Origin: an uncultured Candidatus Saccharibacteria bacterium
GTDB taxonomy: Bacteria > Patescibacteriota > Doudnabacteria > UBA920
Length of the DNA stretch: 64,000 bases
Direction: 5' to 3'
Assembly: GCA_964532425.1 (NCBI GenBank)
Contig: CAZHIA010000008.1
Span: forward strand, 13,224-77,223
Shown: positions 18,517-27,397 of the stretch, in pieces
How the letters are laid out: the number at the start of each line of letters is the position of its first letter
Numbering within the stretch: position 1 is the first letter of the stretch
Notes under the pieces: model-generated
What the model saw: the letters and a program-made list of their open reading frames with translations, nothing else
What the model was told of the DNA's origin: nothing
Database searches by the model: none
Position numbers and translations under genes: made by a program

Positions 18517-19533
18517 TCACTTTGCCAGATTCTTCGCTTCTCCTTTGCTAAACGCGACAATATTGTCTACGCTCGTCTGGAGAATTTCCCGCTTGGCTTC
18601 TTTTGAGTAGAATGCGATATGCGGAGTGTAAGCGACTTCGGGCAAGCCAATAAGTACATGGTCTTCAATGAGTGTGCGCATCTCTTCCTGGTGGTCTCCA
18701 TTCTGTACCAGAAGCTTCCATTCGTCCTGCAGCTGGCGTTCGCCTTCAATAACATCGAGTCCGACACCGGCCAGCAGCCCTTCTTTAACCGCATACAGAA
18801 TCGCTTCGGAATCGGCGACCTCGCCACGGCTGGTGTTGATGAGCAGAGAACCTTTTTTGACCAGGGCGATGTTGGTTTTGTTGATGAGATGGTGGGTGTC
18901 CTTGTTATACGGTACATGCAGGGTGATGACATCGGATTTTGCCAGCAGCTCGTCGAGCGTTACGTAGGTAAAACCCAGGCGGGTTGCAGCTTCCTGGTTG
19001 GGGTAGGCATCAAACGCCAGCATAGTCATGTCGAAACCTTTGGCGATTTGGGCGACATTCTGGCCGATGCGGCCGGTGCCCACAATACCGAGGGTCTTGC
19101 CCTGGAGGTTAAATCCTTCAAAACCGGTTATGTCGAAGCCTCGGCCGTCTTTCATTTGGCGGTAGGCGGCAAAGGCTTTGCGCGACAGACCGAGCATAAG
19201 GGTGAACGTGAATTCAGCTACAGTGCGGCTGCCATAGGCTGGGACCGTAGCAACCGGAATGTTCTTGCCGGCTGCGTACGCGATATCGATATGGTCGAAA
19301 CCCGTAGACCTGGTCTCGATGAATTTAAGATTTGGCAGTTTGTCTATGACGTCTTGCTTAACGACCGAACCGATAAAGACCGACACGGCATCCGCGTCCG
19401 CATATTGGGGGGCATTCTCGGGGGTTAATTTTTCTTCCACATAAGTGACCGTGGCTTGCAGCCCCGAAGCGGCCAGGAGTTCGGGAAGCACGGTTTTGTC
19501 TTCCTCATTGCACTCGAAAAAATAGATGTTCAT
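18517..19533 (-). CDS. D-isomer-specific 2-hydroxyacid dehydrogenase (D-lactate dehydrogenase-like)
   Basis: NAD-binding GKTLGIVGTGRIGQNVAQIAKGFDM and catalytic R/E/H positions. Overall architecture resembles LdhA. Confidence 0.75.
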   Translation of the reverse strand: MNIYFFECNEEDKTVLPELLAASGLQATVTYVEEKLTPENAPQYADADAVSVFIGSVVKQDVIDKLPNLKFIETRSTGFDHIDIAYAAGKNIPVATVPAYGSRTVAEFTFTLMLGLSRKAFAAYRQMKDGRGFDITGFEGFNLQGKTLGIVGTGRIGQNVAQIAKGFDMTMLAFDAYPNQEAATRLGFTYVTLDELLAKSDVITLHVPYNKDTHHLINKTNIALVKKGSLLINTSRGEVADSEAILYAVKEGLLAGVGLDVIEGERQLQDEWKLLVQNGDHQEEMRTLIEDHVLIGLPEVAYTPHIAFYSKEAKREILQTSVDNIVAFSKGEAKNLAK

Positions 19534-19614
19534 ATTTTAATTGACAAAAATGAACAAAATTGACAAAAATGAACAAAAATTACCGCAGTTCATTTTCGTC
19601 GTTTTTTCATTTTT
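19534..19614. repeat. AT-rich intergenic tandem repeat (2 x ttgacaaaaatgaacaaaa) plus inverted copy gttcatttt
   Basis: Read directly. Sits between the eno stop and the ldh-like start on the minus strand. Confidence 0.5.
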
Positions 19615-20880
19615 TTAATTTTTTTCATTTATTAATTTCTCTTCTATTCTCATCAGCCGGTTGTACTTGCAGACGCGCTCGCCGCGGGTGGGGCCGACTT
19701 TGATGAGCGGACTGCCAACGGCCGTGGCGACATCGACCAAGAAGGTGTCGTTGGTTTCTCCACCGCCTCGGTGGGAGGGGATAGTGGGGAAATTATGCTG
19801 GGTGGCCAACAGGCAGCAGTCCATGGTCTCGGTGACGGTTCCGGCCTGATTCAGCTTGATCAGGATGGCATTCGCGGCCTTTTCGTCGATGGCTTTCTGC
19901 CAGAGTTTGGTATTCGTGACCGTCAGGTCATCGGCAACGATCTTGACATTCCCTGCAGCGGAGACCAGCACCGGCCAGTGTTCCCAGTCGAATTCGGACA
20001 ATCCGTCTTCCAGGTAGAGGATGGGGTATTTTTTCATCCAGCTGTCGTACTTGGCGATCATCTCTTCCGGGGACAGGACGGCTTGTTCGGTTGCTAGGTC
20101 GTATTTGCCGTCCTTGTAAAATTCCGATGCTGCAGCGTCAATGTAAATGCCTGCATCAACCCCAGGCTGGTAGCCAGCAGCCGTGATGGCTTCCGCCAGC
20201 ATTTCCAGCGGCAGTTCGTTGTTGGCAATGCCTTCCGGTGCAAATGCCCCCTCGTTGCCGACGTTGGTCGAATAACCTCGCGTTTTGAGGATCTTTTTTA
20301 TGCTCTTGTAGCATTCTTCCATGAGCCGGACGTTTTCCACGGTTGATTGATTCTTGACCACGGCGAGGGCATACTCCTGCAGGTCAGTGGAGTTGTCGGC
20401 ATGCTTGCCGCCTTCGATAAAGACGGCCAGGGGCTTTGGGAGGCTGGTGATTGAATAAGCCGGGTTGAATGTGAGCCGTAAGTATTCGTACAATTCGACC
20501 CCGGCGCTTGCTGCGGTAGCGCGGGCGACGGCCATCGATACCCCCAGTATGGCATTGGCGCCAAAGTTCGACTTATTTTCCGTTCCGTCGGCGTCGATCA
20601 TTATTTGGTCGATCACGCGCTGGTCGCCCGCTTCCTGGCCGAGCAGTAGCGGCTTGATCTTGTCGTTAACATGGGACACTGCCTGGAGCATACCTTTGCC
20701 GTTATACCGTTTCTGATCTCCGTCGAGCAGGACAAATGCTTCTTTGCTGCCGGCCGAAGCTCCGTACGAAACCGAGGCTTCGCCCTGGCTGCCGTCATCC
20801 AAAACCGCTGTAACTTCCACGCTCGGTTCGCCTCCGCTCGCTAATATTTCTCGCGCCTGAATATCCTTGATTTTTGCCAT
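19615..20880 (-). CDS. eno: enolase (phosphopyruvate hydratase)
   Basis: MAKIKDIQAREILASGGEPSVEV... with canonical enolase motifs along 421 aa. Confidence 0.95.
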   Translation of the reverse strand: MAKIKDIQAREILASGGEPSVEVTAVLDDGSQGEASVSYGASAGSKEAFVLLDGDQKRYNGKGMLQAVSHVNDKIKPLLLGQEAGDQRVIDQIMIDADGTENKSNFGANAILGVSMAVARATAASAGVELYEYLRLTFNPAYSITSLPKPLAVFIEGGKHADNSTDLQEYALAVVKNQSTVENVRLMEECYKSIKKILKTRGYSTNVGNEGAFAPEGIANNELPLEMLAEAITAAGYQPGVDAGIYIDAAASEFYKDGKYDLATEQAVLSPEEMIAKYDSWMKKYPILYLEDGLSEFDWEHWPVLVSAAGNVKIVADDLTVTNTKLWQKAIDEKAANAILIKLNQAGTVTETMDCCLLATQHNFPTIPSHRGGGETNDTFLVDVATAVGSPLIKVGPTRGERVCKYNRLMRIEEKLINEKN

Positions 20881-20996
20881 AGCTATGAAGATTAATGTCT
20901 ATTCTATTATACCATTAAAAAGACGAATCTTATATAGAAAATCTCCAAAAAAACTGGTATACTTGAAGGGCTTTTATAAGTAATTCATCCGTAGGT

Positions 20997-21024
20997 ATCT
21001 GTAGATTTGTTTTAATCTGTAGAT
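20997..21024. promoter_or_regulatory. two copies of the palindromic decamer ATCTGTAGAT (20997-21006, 21015-21024) in the eno/pyk divergent promoter region, ending 15 nt before the pyk ATG
   Basis: Direct reading. The site is dyad-symmetric (ATCT-nn-AGAT) and duplicated 18 bp apart. Confidence 0.4.
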
Positions 21025-21038
21025 CTGCATAACTTTCC

Positions 21039-22430
21039 ATGAAAAAAACTAAGATTATCTGCACCATCGGCCCCACGTCCGGAACCGTTAAGACTTTGAC
21101 TGATATGGTCGAAGCTGGTATGAATGTGGCACGTTTGAATTTTTCGCACGGCGACTACAGCAGCCATGAGCAGTTCATTCAAAATATCCGCAAGGTTTCC
21201 GAAAAGACAGGTAAGCCTATTGCCATCATTCAGGACCTGCACGGCCCCAAGATTCGGGTTGGGGACATGAAGCAGCCGCTCACGGTCAAGGTCGGGCAGC
21301 GGGTCATTCTGGGTCAGGACGTTCCGGTGGCAAAAGAGATTTTAAAATCGGTCCGTCCCCGGCAGCGCATTCTCATCGAGGACGGGTTGATTGAATTGGA
21401 AGTCGAAAAACTTTCCGGTGACCATGTGCACTGCATTGCCTTGTCTGACGGCAAGATTCAATCGCGCAAAACTATCAACCTGCCGCGTACCAAGCTAAAG
21501 ATCCCGATCTTTACCGATAAGGATATTGAGGACCTAAAGTTCGGATTGAAGCAGGACGTGGACTATGTCGCCCTGTCATTCGTACGCAACCGCTCTGACG
21601 TAGTCAAGCTCAAGAACTATATCAAGAAGTTCAATCCGAAAGGAAATACGCCGCCTAAAATCATCTCCAAAATAGAAAAGCCTGAGGCAGTCAAGAATTT
21701 TGACAGCATTCTGAAAGAGTCCGACGCTATCATGGTGGCGCGTGGCGACCTGGGTGTGGAGATGCCGGAGTCGCAAGTACCGATTATTCAAAAGACCATC
21801 ATTCAGAAGTGTTTGCGCGCAGCCAAACCGGTCATCGTAGCCACCCAGATGCTCGATTCCATGATTCATAACCCGCGTCCGACTCGCGCCGAAGTCTCCG
21901 ACGTGGCTAACGCGGTCATTGACCAGGCTGACTGCGTCATGCTATCGGGGGAGACCGCGTTCGGCCGTTACCCGGTCCGCACGGTCCAGCAGATGGCGCG
22001 CATTATCGAGACCACGGAACATTCCCCGTTCCTGCCCGGCCACCAGCATTTGATCGAAAAGGTAGTATCGCGCACCGATGCCATGGCCGAAAGCATTTAC
22101 GACCTGGCACTGCATAGCAAGGCCCATGTAATTGTCGGTGCGACCATGAGCGGGTTTACCGCCCGCGAGATCGCGCGCGAGCGCCCGCCGTTCACCCGCA
22201 TTATCATGCTGACCCCGAATGCGAAAGTCATGCGGCAGATGGCCATGATGTGGGGCGTGACTCCCTTTATTTCCCCGCTCGTCAAAAAGTACGAAGACCT
22301 GCTGGCCATTATGATCGAGACCGTCAAGAATCACAAGATCGTCAAGAAAGGGGAGCAGCTCATCATTGCCACCGGAGAACCCTTAGGCCAGCGCGAGAAT
22401 TTGAATTTGGTCGAGGTGAAGACCGCGTAG
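21039..22430 (+). CDS. pyk: pyruvate kinase
   Basis: MKKTKIICTIGP..., NFSHG, MVARGDLG and other PK signatures. 463 aa. Confidence 0.95.
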   Translation: MKKTKIICTIGPTSGTVKTLTDMVEAGMNVARLNFSHGDYSSHEQFIQNIRKVSEKTGKPIAIIQDLHGPKIRVGDMKQPLTVKVGQRVILGQDVPVAKEILKSVRPRQRILIEDGLIELEVEKLSGDHVHCIALSDGKIQSRKTINLPRTKLKIPIFTDKDIEDLKFGLKQDVDYVALSFVRNRSDVVKLKNYIKKFNPKGNTPPKIISKIEKPEAVKNFDSILKESDAIMVARGDLGVEMPESQVPIIQKTIIQKCLRAAKPVIVATQMLDSMIHNPRPTRAEVSDVANAVIDQADCVMLSGETAFGRYPVRTVQQMARIIETTEHSPFLPGHQHLIEKVVSRTDAMAESIYDLALHSKAHVIVGATMSGFTAREIARERPPFTRIIMLTPNAKVMRQMAMMWGVTPFISPLVKKYEDLLAIMIETVKNHKIVKKGEQLIIATGEPLGQRENLNLVEVKTA

Positions 22431-22473
22431 GAGATAAAAAGATTTAAAAATAGAAAAATAAAAGATTGCAAAC

Positions 22474-22505
22474 CAAATGCCGCTACTTTCGTAGCGGCAT
22501 TTTGA
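22474..22505 (+). terminator. rho-independent terminator after pyk
   Basis: aaatgccgctac-tttc-gtagcggcattt hairpin plus T-run. Confidence 0.6.
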
Positions 22506-22535
22506 TTGTTGCAATGTATAAGCCATATAAAAGAC

Positions 22536-22646
22536 CTATAGGACTTATCGGACCTATTCGCCTCATTTATCCTATTAATCCTATTTGTCCCATCTGCCTT
22601 ATTCGACTCATTTGTCCCATTAGACCCTTTTAGCCTTATTTTTCGA
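22536..22646. repeat. degenerate ~9-10-bp periodic repeat array (about 11 units such as cctatttgtc / ccttattcga / cccttttag)
   Basis: Pyrimidine-rich units with phased A/T tracts, read directly from the sequence. Confidence 0.5.
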
Positions 22647-22689
22647 AGAAAATTACTAAACCGCTCTTGACATTCAGTTTGATTTATTG

Positions 22690-22981
22690 TATTATTGATT
22701 GTTTCCTAGAAAGAAACCCTCGCGTCCCGAAGGTATCGGGCATTTGTTCTTGCAAAGACAAAGAACACACTCCGGTGTGTCGGCAAGAGGAGGAATACTT
22801 TTACTGCTTTCCTCTCCCCAAGCGTGGGGAGAGTGTCCCGAGTTCATCGAGGGACGAGAGAGGTTGTCGATAGCACGATGGCCTATCTTTAAAGCCCGAA
22901 GATCCTCCAGGCTTGCCCACAGCGCCACCCATTCGACTGTCCGCCCAAGGCCGACAGTGTTTCGGTTAAAAGGAGAAGAAG
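22690..22981 (+). ncRNA. candidate structured RNA / long structured 5' leader upstream of ORF 22982 (several GC hairpins: cccgaaggtatcggg, tgttcttgcaaagacaaagaaca, ctcccca-agcg-tggggag, gtccc...gggac, ctgtccgcc-caa-ggccgacag)
   Basis: About 290 nt of GC-rich, hairpin-dense sequence with no convincing ORF, between a repeat array and a well-placed RBS and ATG. No known RNA family recognised. Confidence 0.25.
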
Positions 22982-23830
22982 ATGTCTGAAAACAGAGATG
23001 TGAGATTAAGTGAACAGCTGGAGAAGATGACCGCAGTGAAGCGGGGAGGCTTTACGGCGGTTAACTATGTGATGATTTGGGTCTCCATGATCTGGCTCAC
23101 ATACAAGCTGGTAGCAGTTCCTCAGGACCGTGTGTACACTGGCATCAGAATTGCAGCTTTCGCCGTTGTGGCACTGCTATTCGGGTTGCATGGCAAGTTC
23201 GGTTTTACCTGGAAGCGATACCTGCGTTGTAACGTGCGCGGCTATTCCATATATTTTTGGATCACTCGATCCGAGAATGGGCTCGAATATGCCATGAGCT
23301 GTCCAGACCAGGTGTCGTCCCGTGGGTTCATTTGGAAGTATCCGCTCGGCGGCTGGTTCAATCGCGGACCACAGCTGCTCGAGTGGCGGTCGGACGCTTA
23401 CTGCGTGTATGGTCTCCATAAGGCCAAGACCGACTGGCGGCTGATTCATCCGAAGTCAAGCGCTGTCCCGGTCCAGTATGGCAAGCCAGAGGTGATCAAG
23501 GTCTTGCTTGGGACCAAAGACGGCACCATGGCATTAATGTGGCTGCCGGATGCGCTGCGCTGGATGGCTGACAATCCGTCTGGAGACTTCGACAACTTGT
23601 TCGAGAGTTGGAAGGTAAACTGCCAGAGCCGCGAATTCTTGCAGCAGCTCATAGAAGGCGTGCTTGCTCAAATCGAGGATACCACGAGGTTCCGAATGAC
23701 CAAGGAGGCCGGTGAGCTGGTGCAGTTTATAGACGGGAAACTGCGGGACGTCTTCCCCGAGTACCGTGCTCGGCGCGAGCGGGAAGAGGCGCTCCGGCCA
23801 AGAACCGGCGGGCATGGCATAAAAGCATAA
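22982..23830 (+). CDS. hypothetical membrane protein
   Basis: 282-aa ORF with a good RBS (aaaggagaagaag-ATG) and two predicted TM helices. No recognisable domain. Confidence 0.5.
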   Translation: MSENRDVRLSEQLEKMTAVKRGGFTAVNYVMIWVSMIWLTYKLVAVPQDRVYTGIRIAAFAVVALLFGLHGKFGFTWKRYLRCNVRGYSIYFWITRSENGLEYAMSCPDQVSSRGFIWKYPLGGWFNRGPQLLEWRSDAYCVYGLHKAKTDWRLIHPKSSAVPVQYGKPEVIKVLLGTKDGTMALMWLPDALRWMADNPSGDFDNLFESWKVNCQSREFLQQLIEGVLAQIEDTTRFRMTKEAGELVQFIDGKLRDVFPEYRARREREEALRPRTGGHGIKA

Positions 23831-23956
23831 ATAAGAGTCGTGAGGGTTACCCCTCCTGACATTTCCGCACCGCGTCCGCAAGGATGCCGGTGCGGATTTT
23901 TGTTTGCATCAGCTTCGGCTTTGGGGTATACTACTATTTCGTAAAGGAGGTCAGTC

Positions 23957-24559
23957 ATGGTTGCAGCTTTGGCAGAAGTCTCGTGTGCTGTTGCGCGGTA
24001 CGTGCGTGACAAGAAGTTTTCAGCTCTTGTCATCAGCGGCGGCAGCCACCTGCTGTCCGAGCATTTACTGGTCTGTGGCTGGCGCAAGCTGTATGGCACC
24101 GTTCCCTTGCCGAGGATATTCGTCATCTCACGGACGGTCAACCATCTCATGTACAAGCCAGTCAGGGAAATTCCACTGTACCTGGAATACGTTACGCGGT
24201 GGATGCATAATTATCTCCCTGACCTGGAGAACTTGAAGGATGGTTCCCTGTGCTGCGTGGATGACTATGCCATCAGTGGCCTCAAGTGTACGGGGCTTGC
24301 GAAGGCTTTTTCCGCCCTCGGATTTTCCTGTGTCGAATTTGCCGTGTTTGCGGCATCCGACAGGGCCGAGCTGCCACCGGGAACATTTGTCGCCCGGACG
24401 GATGACGAGCTGGCCAAGGAGTTGTACGAGCTGTCTATGCTCATCCAGGGGGAGCCGACTTGCTATGACTTGTTGGAGCGGAAGCAGGAGTCTCCTGCTG
24501 AACGGCGCCGGCGAGCGCACTGTGTTCTCGATGCGGTAGCATCGGAGTTGGGCGCGTAG
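23957..24559 (+). CDS. hypothetical protein with phosphoribosyltransferase-like motif
   Basis: RBS aaaggagg. LCCVDDYAISGLKCT matches the type I PRTase PRPP-binding pattern (hydrophobic-DD-x3-SG-x-T). Confidence 0.4.
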   Translation: MVAALAEVSCAVARYVRDKKFSALVISGGSHLLSEHLLVCGWRKLYGTVPLPRIFVISRTVNHLMYKPVREIPLYLEYVTRWMHNYLPDLENLKDGSLCCVDDYAISGLKCTGLAKAFSALGFSCVEFAVFAASDRAELPPGTFVARTDDELAKELYELSMLIQGEPTCYDLLERKQESPAERRRRAHCVLDAVASELGA

Positions 24560-24829
24560 GAAACTGCGCGCCTTTTATTGTGGTCAAAGGGGATGTGAGA
24601 TTATACCTAGAAAATTTGATCTGATTTAATTTTTATGGTATAATTACCTTACAGTTTTTCCACCTGACATCCAAACACAACTAAAAAATTAACCGTCATT
24701 CAAGATTCTTTGAAAGCTCTGCGGTAAACTGCGTGGAGCGATCCCTTGAAGTTTTTTGTTGAAGGGATTCCTCGACGGAGCCTGCCCAAGGCTACAACGA
24801 AACTTGAAGACAAAAGAAATAAAAGTTGT

Positions 24830-27295
24830 ATGACAACACAAAAAGAACACTCGTACACTCTTTGGTTCGATGAGATCACCAAAGAGGATATTCCCTATGT
24901 CGGCGGTAAGAATGCCAACTTGGGGGAAATGTACCAAAAGTTAACCAAGACGCCGAGTGATATCTTCAAAGGCGAGAAGATCTCGGTGCCGTACGGGTTT
25001 GCGGTCACAGCTAATGCCTATCGCTACTTTATCCGCGCCAACCAGCTGGATGTGAAGATTAAGGAAATCCTCAAAGGCCTGGACACCGGCAATATCAAAC
25101 AGCTCGAAGAAAAAGGCCAGCAAGTGCGCCAGGCTATTTTGTCTGCTACTTTCCCTCAGGATCTGGAACGCGCCATCAAGCAGGGGTATGAGCAGATGGC
25201 CAAGAAACTAAAAATCCCGCTGGCTGACCTGGATGTGGCAGTGAGATCGTCCGCGACCGCCGAAGACCTGCCGAATGCCAGCTTTGCCGGCCAGCAGGAA
25301 TCCTATTTGAATATCAAAGGCGACTATCAGCTGCTCGAAGCCATCAAGAAATGTATTGCTTCCCTGTTTACCAACCGCGCCATTTCCTACCGCGTTGACC
25401 AGAAGTTCGATCATTTCAAGATTGCACTGTCAGTGGCTGTCCAGAAGATGGTCCGGTCCGACCGGGGAGCGAGCGGGGTCATGTTCACGCTGGACACCGA
25501 TTCCGGCTTCCGCGAAGTTGTGCTTATTAACGCGGCCTACGGTCTCGGCGAATACGTGGTCAAGGGTGTGGTCACGCCGGACGAGTATATGGTCTTTAAG
25601 CCGACCCTGAAGCAGGGATTTAAATCCATCATTTCCAAACAGCTTGGCAGCAAGGAAAAGAAGCTCATCTATGCCAGCGAAGGCATTAACCCCACCAAAG
25701 AAGTACCGGTGCCGGAGCATGAGCGCCACCAGTTTGTGTTGTCCGATGAACAGATCCTTCAGCTGTCCCGCTGGGGTGTGATGATTGAAGAGCACTACGG
25801 CCGGCCTATGGATATTGAGTGGGCATACGATGCTCAAACCAAACAGCTCAACATAGTCCAGGCCCGTCCGGAGACCGTCCAGGCCAGGAAAGATAGTAAT
25901 GTTCTGGAAGAATTCGTAATGGTAGAAAAAGGCGGCAAGGTTTTAACGCATGGTGCGGCTGTAGGAGCCAAAATCGGCCAAGGTAAAGCCCATTACATTA
26001 AAGATGCTTCTCAGATTAGTGAGTTCAAGCAGGGTGAAGTATTGGTCACGGAAATTACGGACCCAGACTGGGAGCCTATTATGAAAATGGCTTCAGCCAT
26101 CGTGACCAACAGCGGCGGCAGAACCAGCCACGCGGCCATTGTTTCGCGCGAGCTCGGCATTCCGGCCGTGGTCGGCTGCGGCAATGCCACCAAAGCGGTG
26201 CCGACCGGTACGCCGGTGACGGTCTGCTGCGCCGAAGGCGAGACCGGTAAGGTCTATGAAGGACTGCTCAAATTCACCATCAACCGGACCGACCTCAAAG
26301 ACTTCAAACAGCCTAAGACCCAGGTTAAGATGATTGTGGCCGACCCTGAATTGGTCTTCGGTTACTCCTTTATTCCGAACCGGGGCGTCGGGCTGGCTCG
26401 CGAAGAGTTCATTATTTCCAACTACATCAAAGTCCACCCGAACGCGCTGTTGTACTTTGACCAGCTGGAAGATCCGGCAGTCAAAAAGCAGATTGAAGAA
26501 ATTACAGTTGGGTACGACAACAAGCTGGACTTTTATGTGCACAAGCTGGCTTATGGAATCGGCATTCTGGCTTCGGCCTTCTATCCGTATGAAGTCATTT
26601 TGCGCTTCTCCGATTTTAAGACCAATGAGTATGCCAGTTTGATCGGTGGACACCAGTTCGAACCCAAGGAAGAGAACCCCATGATCGGCTGGCGCGGGGC
26701 GAGCCGCTACTATGATCCGAATTTCTCACCTGCGTTTGCCCTGGAGTGCCAGGCGGTCAAGAAAGTTCGCGAAGAGATGGGGCTCTATAACTTAAAGACA
26801 ATGATCCCGTTCTGCCGCACGCCGGAAGAAGGACAGAAGGTGCTGGACGAGATGGCCAAGAATGGTTTGAAGCGCGTCAAAGGCCAGGGCAAGGCTGATA
26901 AGAACGGCATCAAGAAAGAACTGGAGGTCTGGGTTATGGCCGAAATCCCATCCAACATTCTGCAGGTCGAAGACTTCGCTGCGCTGTTTGATGGTTTCTC
27001 CATCGGTTCAAACGATCTGACCCAGCTGACGCTGGGACTTGACCGTGACAGTAAGATTGTGGCCCACATTGGCAACGAAAAGAACAAGTCAGTCCTGACG
27101 CTCATCCATAACCTCATCCAAAAAGCCCACAAGGCAGGTCTCAAGGTCGGCATCTGCGGCCAGGGACCGTCCGACTTCCCGGACCTTGCCGAGTTTCTGG
27201 TCCGCGAAGGGATTGATTCCATTTCGTTGCAGCCTGACACGGTCTTAAAGACTACTCTGCGGATTAAGGCTATGGAAGACAAACTCAAACACTGA
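24830..27295 (+). CDS. ppsA: phosphoenolpyruvate synthase (pyruvate, water dikinase)
   Basis: PEP-utilisers ATP-grasp N-domain (VGGKNANLGEMY), central phospho-His domain (GGRTSHAAIVSRELGIPAVVG), C-terminal PEP/pyruvate-binding TIM barrel. The ORF is open from 24746, but the ATG at 24830 matches the family N-terminus. Confidence 0.9.
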   Translation: MTTQKEHSYTLWFDEITKEDIPYVGGKNANLGEMYQKLTKTPSDIFKGEKISVPYGFAVTANAYRYFIRANQLDVKIKEILKGLDTGNIKQLEEKGQQVRQAILSATFPQDLERAIKQGYEQMAKKLKIPLADLDVAVRSSATAEDLPNASFAGQQESYLNIKGDYQLLEAIKKCIASLFTNRAISYRVDQKFDHFKIALSVAVQKMVRSDRGASGVMFTLDTDSGFREVVLINAAYGLGEYVVKGVVTPDEYMVFKPTLKQGFKSIISKQLGSKEKKLIYASEGINPTKEVPVPEHERHQFVLSDEQILQLSRWGVMIEEHYGRPMDIEWAYDAQTKQLNIVQARPETVQARKDSNVLEEFVMVEKGGKVLTHGAAVGAKIGQGKAHYIKDASQISEFKQGEVLVTEITDPDWEPIMKMASAIVTNSGGRTSHAAIVSRELGIPAVVGCGNATKAVPTGTPVTVCCAEGETGKVYEGLLKFTINRTDLKDFKQPKTQVKMIVADPELVFGYSFIPNRGVGLAREEFIISNYIKVHPNALLYFDQLEDPAVKKQIEEITVGYDNKLDFYVHKLAYGIGILASAFYPYEVILRFSDFKTNEYASLIGGHQFEPKEENPMIGWRGASRYYDPNFSPAFALECQAVKKVREEMGLYNLKTMIPFCRTPEEGQKVLDEMAKNGLKRVKGQGKADKNGIKKELEVWVMAEIPSNILQVEDFAALFDGFSIGSNDLTQLTLGLDRDSKIVAHIGNEKNKSVLTLIHNLIQKAHKAGLKVGICGQGPSDFPDLAEFLVREGIDSISLQPDTVLKTTLRIKAMEDKLKH

Positions 27296-27338
27296 TTGAT
27301 CACTGATGAACACTGCTTGAAACAGATTAACACAGATT

Positions 27339-27368
27339 AAAACCCCCGGCAGATGCCGGGGGTTTTAA
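27339..27368. terminator. bidirectional terminator between convergent ppsA and glnII
   Basis: aacccccggc-agat-gccgggggtt hairpin flanked by A- and T-runs. Confidence 0.6.
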
Positions 27369-27397
27369 TATCCGAAGTTCTTTTCGGAATGACTAGC

